Positions 57,253 to 63,234 of a DNA stretch of 63,234 nucleotides are shown piece by piece; the stretch's first letter is position 1, and each line of letters begins with the position of its first letter. The position numbers and the translations under genes are program-made. The DNA is from a virus. The stretch lies in the IMG/VR virus record IMGVR_UViG_3300045988_163731. One strand, given 5' to 3'. The notes under the pieces are model-generated. The model did not search any database, was not told the DNA's origin, and worked only from the letters and a program-made list of their open reading frames with translations.

Positions 57253-57798
57253 GTGATATTCAAGCTGAGTGAAAAGAACAATGGGAAAATCGTTACAGAT
57301 GGAAAAGTTAGTCTAAAGGCTAAGGGGCTTTATTTCTTCTTAATGCATTTGGATTTAGAAAAGGATTACTCAATAGAGGCCATTGCTTCGTGCAATAAAG
57401 GCACTAGCGAAACAATCAGAACCGCAATTAATGAGCTGCGAGATTTGAGCTATATAGAGACTTTCGCAGGAAACTCCCGCAATAAAAAAGCGATGAGTTC
57501 TATTCCATATTATGAGGTTATAAGCCACCTGAACAAAGTCTGTGACAGAGAGTTCAAGTGGCAGTCGGAAGCTACCAGGCGATTAATTCGAGCCAGATGG
57601 AAAGAGGGCTATAGACTGGACGACTTCAAAAAAGTTATTGATGTTATGTATGCCGAATGGCACAACACTAACTTTGAAAAGTATCTAAGACCAGAGACTT
57701 TGTTTAGGGCAACTAAGTTCGAGTCGTATTTAAACAGAGATAGTTCCAAGATAAATAAGATACAGAATACTGAGAAACTGGCGGGGACATACTTATGA
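57253..57798 (+). CDS. DnaD-like phage replisome organiser (Phg_2220_C-type C-terminus), GTG start
   Basis: VIDVMYAEWHNTNFEKYLRPETLFRATKFESYLN matches the conserved phage C-terminal domain. Confidence 0.7.
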   Translation: MIFKLSEKNNGKIVTDGKVSLKAKGLYFFLMHLDLEKDYSIEAIASCNKGTSETIRTAINELRDLSYIETFAGNSRNKKAMSSIPYYEVISHLNKVCDREFKWQSEATRRLIRARWKEGYRLDDFKKVIDVMYAEWHNTNFEKYLRPETLFRATKFESYLNRDSSKINKIQNTEKLAGTYL

Positions 57799-58598
57799 CA
57801 GATAAAGATGATTTGGAGCGAAAGCTCATGGTAGATTATCTCCAAACAAGGGCAAAATACTTCAATGAGGATGTAGGCAACTTGGACAAGGTAGATGGCT
57901 ATGACTGCCCCAAATGCAAAAACAAAGGGGCTATAGCGGTGCTGGGCGAGCATGATAATAAGTTTGCCTTGGATATAGTCATGTGTGACTGTACCAAGAT
58001 TAGAAAAACAATCCAGCTTATGAAACAGAGCGGGCTGGAAGAAATGCTAAAGAAATACAAGCTGGAGGAGTTCGAAACCGACGAGGCTTGGCAGAAAACC
58101 ATCAAAGCAAAAGCTATGGGATTCCTGCAAGTGCCTGTGGGAATGTTCTTTATCGGCGGGCAGAGTGGCTGCGGTAAAACATTTATCTGTACAGCCATTG
58201 CCAGGAAGTTGCTATATGAGGGACGGGAGCTGCGCTATGAGATATGGCGGGAAATGTCAACACAGCTCAAAAAGAATATCGGTGACAAAGAGTACACCGA
58301 CCTGATTGACCAGATAAAAAAGGTTGACATTCTGTATATTGACGACTTCCTAAAAGTTCCTGTTGGTGATGAAATAGGCAGGCCGAGTCAAGCGGATTTG
58401 TCACTTGCCCTGGAGATAATCAATTACCGGTACAACAACAAGCTGGTAACACTCATATCAAGCGAGTGGACCAGCAATGAAATTATAGGTTTTGACGAGG
58501 CTTTAGGCAGTCGGATATGTGAAATGGCTGGCAAGTCAAACCTTAATATCCGACGGGACAGAAACAAAAACATGAGAATGAGGGCTATGGAATTATGA
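57795..58598 (+). CDS. DnaC/IstB-like helicase loader ATPase
   Basis: Walker A GGQSGCGKT. Walker B DILYIDDF. Confidence 0.85.
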   Translation: MTDKDDLERKLMVDYLQTRAKYFNEDVGNLDKVDGYDCPKCKNKGAIAVLGEHDNKFALDIVMCDCTKIRKTIQLMKQSGLEEMLKKYKLEEFETDEAWQKTIKAKAMGFLQVPVGMFFIGGQSGCGKTFICTAIARKLLYEGRELRYEIWREMSTQLKKNIGDKEYTDLIDQIKKVDILYIDDFLKVPVGDEIGRPSQADLSLALEIINYRYNNKLVTLISSEWTSNEIIGFDEALGSRICEMAGKSNLNIRRDRNKNMRMRAMEL

Positions 58599-58999
58599 AG
58601 TACCACAACAAAAAGGTAGAGTATGGTGGCAGGCTGTTTGACAGCAAGGCCGAGGCAGATTTCTACAGGTTTTTACTAGAAAAGGTAAAGCTGGTTGAGG
58701 TAATATGTCAGCCTACCGTAGAGTTGCAGCCATCTTTTAAAAAGGATGGAAAAACAGTTAGAGCCATTACCTACACCCCTGATTTCTTCGTTAAGTTCGC
58801 TAACGGCAAAGAAGTTTATGTGGATGTAAAGGGCATGAGTACCCAGCAGGGGGAGCTAAAGCGGAAAATCTGGTGGTACAAATACCCTGACAAGAAATTG
58901 ATATGGGTGGCCACATCAAAGAAATATAGCCTTAGTGGCTGGATTGAATGGGGCTGTTTACATAAGCAGCGGAGGCTGAACAGAAAGGCGAAGAAATGA
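58595..58999 (+). CDS. DUF1064-family protein
   Basis: KYHNKKVEYGGRLFDSKAEADFYRFL...YTPDFFV matches DUF1064. Confidence 0.6.
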   Translation: MKYHNKKVEYGGRLFDSKAEADFYRFLLEKVKLVEVICQPTVELQPSFKKDGKTVRAITYTPDFFVKFANGKEVYVDVKGMSTQQGELKRKIWWYKYPDKKLIWVATSKKYSLSGWIEWGCLHKQRRLNRKAKK

Positions 59000-59193
59000 C
59001 AAGATTGGAAGAAGCAAGTCACGATGTAGCCGAATATATAAGCACATTATCAGAGTATGGTATGACAAAAGTTATGTGCGCTATCTCTTACCCAGGTAAA
59101 TGCTTGTTTTGTAAATGGGCAGAGAATGAAGAAAAGTGCTTAAAGAGTCGGTGTGAGGACGGGATAAAGGCATATTTGGAGGCTGACGAATGA
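58996..59193 (+). CDS. Small Cys-containing hypothetical protein
   Basis: ORF; ATGA overlap with the upstream gene. Confidence 0.4.
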   Translation: MTRLEEASHDVAEYISTLSEYGMTKVMCAISYPGKCLFCKWAENEEKCLKSRCEDGIKAYLEADE

Positions 59194-59912
59194 GTGCAGC
59201 AAGAAAAAAACGGCGGGCAAAAGAAAAGGCTGTAGATAAGGCTATCAAAAAAACTGTTGTACCTGTTGCTAAAGCCAAGGCGGCTGCTCAAATGCTTTTC
59301 AAAATGAATGAGGGCAGAATTAAGCGGTATTGTGAGTGCCGTGTGTTACCCGCCATAGCATTTACAATGCATAGGCGTTTTGGCTGGGGAGCAAAAAAGA
59401 TTGGCAGAATGGCTCTGAAAATAGAGTGGTTCATCAAAGAGTATATAGAGGCTGGGATAAAAGACAAGCGAGTGTATATAACGGTTCCGTGGCTATGGGA
59501 CGGACTAAACGAGGAGTGCAAAATAAACTACATTCCTAGAGAAGTCAACCAAGAGCCAAAAGATGAATCGGATTGCAGGTCATGGCTGGATATTCACGCT
59601 AAGCAGTGTTCAATAAACTGCTTGGAATATTTGGAATGTATATGGCTTTGGATTTTACACACTGAATTTGGGTTTGGTCACAAAAGAATCTTGCAAGCCA
59701 GAGAGGAAATCAGCAAAATCAACCCACTGGAAGTTCCCATCAAAATGATTTACGACATGATGGACATCGTGGAGAAGCTAAAGGCTGCCACAGAAGAAGA
59801 AAAGATAAGATTTACTACTCTACGTGAGGACCTAGAGAAAATGGACATTACTCATAACGGATTTGAGGAAGGTCTGGTGCTTGCGTTTAAAAAGCAAAGA
59901 AAGGGGACATAA
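59190..59912 (+). CDS. Hypothetical protein
   Basis: ORF; ATGA overlap with the upstream gene. Confidence 0.5.
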   Translation: MSAARKKRRAKEKAVDKAIKKTVVPVAKAKAAAQMLFKMNEGRIKRYCECRVLPAIAFTMHRRFGWGAKKIGRMALKIEWFIKEYIEAGIKDKRVYITVPWLWDGLNEECKINYIPREVNQEPKDESDCRSWLDIHAKQCSINCLEYLECIWLWILHTEFGFGHKRILQAREEISKINPLEVPIKMIYDMMDIVEKLKAATEEEKIRFTTLREDLEKMDITHNGFEEGLVLAFKKQRKGT

Positions 59913-60212
59913 ATGTTAAGTGTATATAGAAAAGGTACTAGAAGATATTTTCTAGCTAGAATCATTGAGGAACACGATAATATAACAAGTTCAAAGTTTG
60001 CTATCTGCTACAGCAACAATGCTGACAATACCAAAGCAAAATGCACTGTCAAGATGATAAATGAGGCTTATGGGGATTTGCAAAAGGCTCAGGAAAAGCT
60101 GGATGAGCGGGCAGATTCTCACGGTTGGTCATGGACAGGGGAAAACAAAACAATGCCCCAGTACAAATTGGTGTACAAGGCTGGTAAAACAGTGTTTGCG
60201 CTGGAGGAATAG
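59913..60212 (+). CDS. Hypothetical protein
   Basis: ORF. Confidence 0.4.
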   Translation: MLSVYRKGTRRYFLARIIEEHDNITSSKFAICYSNNADNTKAKCTVKMINEAYGDLQKAQEKLDERADSHGWSWTGENKTMPQYKLVYKAGKTVFALEE

Positions 60213-60688
60213 TGATGGCAGAAAATGTAACGATACCCCATTTTACTTATGTAAGGGATATGTTTTCTAATTACCTTGCTATAAAAAAAGCTGTGCAGGA
60301 GTACCGGCAGGACGCTGGCACAGCAAAGGAAATGTCGCAGCAGTCTCTCAGTAAAACCGACAAGATTCCTATGAAGCAGGTAGAAGCGGAAGCCTTTAAA
60401 GAAATGTTGCCGGTGCCAGCCGTAAGACTCCCTGACGGGACGAAGATTAGCAATCCTGAACGATGGATTGATGTTGTCAATAGTGCATTGAATCACATTA
60501 CAGACAATAACCATAGAGCAGCTATTGCAATGTGGATAATGCATTTCCGTATTGCTGCAATCCTTGAAGAAACAAAAATGAACAAAGCTTTGTTCTATGT
60601 CTTGAAAAGCAGGGTGATTGATTGTGGTGTGGTTCTGGCATACCAAAGGGGGCTGTTGAAAGTTGAGCGCACGAATAAGCCCATGTAA
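60212..60688 (+). CDS. Hypothetical protein
   Basis: ORF. Confidence 0.45.
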   Translation: MMAENVTIPHFTYVRDMFSNYLAIKKAVQEYRQDAGTAKEMSQQSLSKTDKIPMKQVEAEAFKEMLPVPAVRLPDGTKISNPERWIDVVNSALNHITDNNHRAAIAMWIMHFRIAAILEETKMNKALFYVLKSRVIDCGVVLAYQRGLLKVERTNKPM

Positions 60689-60872
60689 AGACTGTGAAAG
60701 CAGGGAAGTAGGCTGCCATGCAGGGTGTGGAAGCTATCTCACATGGCGTGCTGATTTAGACTGTACGATAGCAGAGAAAGCACGCCAGGCAGAGATTAAC
60801 AGTTGGACCGCAACAAGAGCCAAGACGACAGATGAGTGGTTCAGAATCCGTCACATAACATATTATGTTTAG
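60663..60872 (+). CDS. Small Cys-rich hypothetical protein
   Basis: CKDCESREVGCHAGCGSY. Confidence 0.35.
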   Translation: MSARISPCKDCESREVGCHAGCGSYLTWRADLDCTIAEKARQAEINSWTATRAKTTDEWFRIRHITYYV

Positions 60873-60895
60873 CATATTGAGGAGGAACACAATAA

Positions 60896-61201
60896 ATGAT
60901 TCAGTTATCAGAAAATTGGAGATTAACAGCAGATGAAGTACAGTTCATCTTACAGAAGAAGAACATCAGAAAACAATCTGATGGCGGGGCAGAAGAAGTG
61001 TGGGTGAACAAATACTATTATCCCACATTGCAGATGGCATTGCTGGCATACATGACAAAGCAGACCAGAGCCAAGGTGAGAAACTACCAGCCTGATGAAC
61101 TCCGTGAGATTGTAGACCACGTCGATAGCGTGTATGAGAAGCTGGCTAAATTGGCTGGGGAATGGCAGAGAAACATTGAGAGAGGTACAGAAAATGAGTG
61201 A
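60896..61201 (+). CDS. Hypothetical protein
   Basis: RBS GAGGAGG before the ATG. Confidence 0.45.
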   Translation: MIQLSENWRLTADEVQFILQKKNIRKQSDGGAEEVWVNKYYYPTLQMALLAYMTKQTRAKVRNYQPDELREIVDHVDSVYEKLAKLAGEWQRNIERGTENE

Positions 61202-61535
61202 TTATGAAAAGAGCAGAGATTTCATTTTAGAGAAGCTGGATGAGCGTACTTTGTTGGAACAGCTTGCAGAAGAAGCCAGCGAATTATCCCAGGCAGCATT
61301 AAAGCTAATTAGAGCCAAGGGACTGAACAATAATAATACTCCCGTCGGAGAGCAGGAGGCTATGTTATCACTTGCTTTAGAATATATGGATTTACTTATG
61401 GTCTATAGTATGCTACTAGAAAAGGATAGGAAAATTCTTAGAATCACAAAAGCCAATTCTATATTACCAGAGAAAGATATGGAAAACTATTTCAAGTGGA
61501 ATAGGTGGGCTGAACGGCTGGGATATGAGGATTAA
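61194..61535 (+). CDS. MazG-like all-alpha NTP pyrophosphohydrolase (tentative)
   Basis: LAEEASELSQAALKLIR...EAMLSLALEYMDLL resembles the MazG family. RBS GAGAGAGG. Confidence 0.4.
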   Translation: MSDYEKSRDFILEKLDERTLLEQLAEEASELSQAALKLIRAKGLNNNNTPVGEQEAMLSLALEYMDLLMVYSMLLEKDRKILRITKANSILPEKDMENYFKWNRWAERLGYED

Positions 61536-61804
61536 CCATGATAGACAGAACGGCAAAAATAAAAATCATACAGCTAAAAAATATAGTTATTGCAAAAACG
61601 CAACGGCATTAAAGCTAAAGCTTATTACTGTGATTGTGATTTTGATGTAGCAAAAACAATAAAAAGGGCTATTGATTATCTCACAATGGCAGAAGATTTC
61701 AAAGCTGTGCGTGAAGTTATCGGTTGAGGAGGAGATATTAAGTAACTGATTTTATAGATAAATATGTATATTGGTGATATAATGTGTCTATGGAGGTTAG
61801 AGCC

Positions 61805-62452
61805 ATGAACACATCAAATATTACTAATTACAAGCCTAAAGAATTTGCAGAGCTTCTCAATGTCACAGTCAAGACACTTCAACGCTGGGACAGGGAGAAA
61901 ACGCTTGTAGCAAACAGAACCCCCACAAATAGACGATATTACACCTACGACCAGTATCTACAGTTCAAAGGCATTGGCAAAGATGCTGATTCTAGAAAGG
62001 TAGTCATTTACGCACGGGTGTCAACTAGAAATCAGACAGATGACCTTGAGAATCAAGTGGATTTTCTTCAACAGTATGTCAACGCCAAAGGTCTTATAGC
62101 TGATGATATTATCAGAGATTATGGCAGTGGTTTGAACTACAACCGAAAGAAATGGAATCAGCTTCTAAGCGAAGTTATGGAAAACAAAATCAAGATGATT
62201 CTCGTATCTCACAAGGATAGATTTGTCCGCTTCGGCTTTGACTGGTTTGAGAAATTCTGCAACAAGTTCAATGTAGAGATAGTAGTCGTCAAAAATGAGA
62301 AACTGTCTCCACACGAAGAGCTTGTGCAGGATATAGTAAGTATTCTTCATGTATTTTCATGTAGGCTGTATGGCTTACGAAAATACAAAAAACAGATTGA
62401 GGGGGATGAGACTATTGCTAAAGGCGTTCAAAACGGAGATAGCCCCAACTGA
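61805..62452 (+). CDS. tnpA: IS607-family TnpA (MerR-like HTH plus serine recombinase)
   Basis: VVIYARVSTRNQTDDLENQ carries the catalytic Ser. N-terminal HTH FAELLNVTVKTLQRWDRE. GGAGG RBS before the ATG at 61805, with TGGTGATATAAT as an extended -10. Confidence 0.85.
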   Translation: MNTSNITNYKPKEFAELLNVTVKTLQRWDREKTLVANRTPTNRRYYTYDQYLQFKGIGKDADSRKVVIYARVSTRNQTDDLENQVDFLQQYVNAKGLIADDIIRDYGSGLNYNRKKWNQLLSEVMENKIKMILVSHKDRFVRFGFDWFEKFCNKFNVEIVVVKNEKLSPHEELVQDIVSILHVFSCRLYGLRKYKKQIEGDETIAKGVQNGDSPN

Positions 62453-63234
62453 AGTACAGAAAACCAAAATCATTCGTTCTATCGGTGTGGCTAGATTTCT
62501 GTATAACCAATATATCGCCTACAATCTCCGTCTGTATAAGATGTATCAGCGTGGCATACTTGACGAAAAACAGAAACGTTTTGTTACTGCCAACGATTTT
62601 GACAAGTATGTTAATCATAAGCTGAAAAAGGAACTGCCATGGATTGCCCAGTGCGGTTCTAAGGCACGTAAGAAAGCCTTGGTAAACGCTGAACAGGCAT
62701 TTCGGCGGTTCTTCTCTGGTACGTCTGGGTTTCCGAACTTCAAAAAGAAAGCGAATCAGGACGTAAAGCTGTATTTTCCCAAGAATAATAATGGCGACTG
62801 GACAATATGGCGACATAAACTAATGATACCTACGCTAAAACAAGTCAGGCTTAAAGAGTTTGGCTATTTGCCTGTGGGTGCTAAAGTCACCAATGGTACA
62901 GTATCTTATGTGGCTGGACGGTTTTATGTCTCCGTTGTGGTGGATATTGACGAAAAATCCAAGTATAACAAGGATTTGGAAGCATCGTATCATACGGTGA
63001 CGGATGGTGTGGGCATAGATTTAGGCGTGAAAGACCTTGCTATTGTCAGTGATGGCAAAGCTTTTAAAAATATTAATAAGGGTTCAAAGGTCAAACGACT
63101 GGAGAAACGGCTTCGTAGAGAGCAGAGGCGACTTAGCCGTAAATATGAGTTTAGAAAAAAGAAAGGTGGTATAACTGCTACTGCCTCTGCAAATATAGAC
63201 AAGCAAAAGCTAAAGGTACAGAAAATTCATCATC
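62406..63234 (+). CDS. tnpB: IS607-family TnpB, N-terminal part (ORF open to the window end, continues at 1-455)
   Basis: MRLLLKAFKTEIAPTEVQKTKIIRSIGVARFLYNQ is the classic TnpB N-terminus. Overlaps the tnpA 3' end. Confidence 0.85.
   Translation, partial: MRLLLKAFKTEIAPTEVQKTKIIRSIGVARFLYNQYIAYNLRLYKMYQRGILDEKQKRFVTANDFDKYVNHKLKKELPWIAQCGSKARKKALVNAEQAFRRFFSGTSGFPNFKKKANQDVKLYFPKNNNGDWTIWRHKLMIPTLKQVRLKEFGYLPVGAKVTNGTVSYVAGRFYVSVVVDIDEKSKYNKDLEASYHTVTDGVGIDLGVKDLAIVSDGKAFKNINKGSKVKRLEKRLRREQRRLSRKYEFRKKKGGITATASANIDKQKLKVQKIHH
63160..63234. repeat. 75-bp terminal redundancy identical to bases 1-75 (circular assembly overlap)
   Basis: Exact match read directly in the sequence. Confidence 0.95.

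Larger units (their letters stand above)
61700..63234 (+). mobile_element. IS607-family insertion sequence, left portion (tnpA plus the 5' part of tnpB). Left boundary approximate; the element continues at 1-634.
   Basis: Serine-recombinase tnpA overlaps tnpB. The element runs off the window end. Confidence 0.6.

Noticed and set aside
61546-61725. Tiny ORFs (25 and 48 aa) between the MazG-like gene and tnpA
   Set aside because: Too short and without clear RBS. They may be IS left-end sequence or real micro-proteins; this could not be decided.
1-63234. Search for CRISPR arrays, tRNA/tmRNA and rRNA
   Set aside because: By eye I found no regularly spaced direct repeats with unique spacers and no tRNA T-loop/acceptor signatures (GTTCGAATC-type). 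No rRNA-like stretches were seen. A tRNAscan or Infernal run would be needed to confirm.

Overview
The window is a complete, circularly permuted, AT-rich temperate phage genome of about 63.16 kb. Bases 63160-63234 repeat bases 1-75 exactly, and a single IS607-family tnpA-tnpB insertion is split across the two window edges. The host is probably a Firmicute (inference). That call rests on sigma-A-type TTGACA/TATAAT promoters, GGAGG ribosome-binding sites, an XhlA-holin-amidase lysis cassette, and Bro/Rha/ORF6N antirepressors.

Module order:
- 1-634: 3' part of the IS.
- 665-6122: rightward accessory genes, including a free-standing GIY-YIG homing endonuclease.
- 6161-7235: leftward RHH plus Bro-N antirepressor.
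- 7448-9455: membrane-anchored Mrr-like nuclease, convergent with a DUF262 gene.
- 9527-11949: leftward early genes, including a J-domain protein, driven by a duplicated 37-bp promoter/operator.
- 12100-13490: roughly 1.4 kb of non-coding sequence with odd composition, a GC-rich repeat cluster (cos/pac candidate) and a G-quadruplex motif.
- 13488-38317: packaging and virion module. It contains terS, a terL interrupted by a LAGLIDADG intein in the P-loop, portal, scaffold, capsid and tail genes, and a 2997-aa multidomain protein with M15 peptidase, SLT and HExxH motifs.
- 38353-39223: two overlapping leftward membrane proteins.
- 39576-40806: RHH plus Rha antirepressor.
- 41056-42167: parA-parG-like partition operon (leftward).
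- 43513-45632: lysis cassette.
- 45733-45954: a 9-bp-phased TAGCA repeat array.
- 45984-50490: tail-fibre genes and a complete diversity-generating retroelement. The DGR has a target gene with a variable repeat (VR), an Avd accessory gene, a template repeat (TR) and a reverse transcriptase. Every TR-to-VR difference falls on a TR adenine.
- 51108-51356: sigma-like late regulator.
- 52371-53468: CI-like/Cro-like switch.
- 53486-61535: ORF6N antirepressor and replication/recombination genes (Gp157, AAA_24, DUF669, DnaD-like, DnaC-like, DUF1064).
- 61805-63234: IS607 tnpA and the 5' part of tnpB.

No integrase, tRNA, rRNA or CRISPR array was recognised. The partition system, the absence of an integrase and the circular assembly point to an extrachromosomal plasmid-prophage lifestyle (inference).
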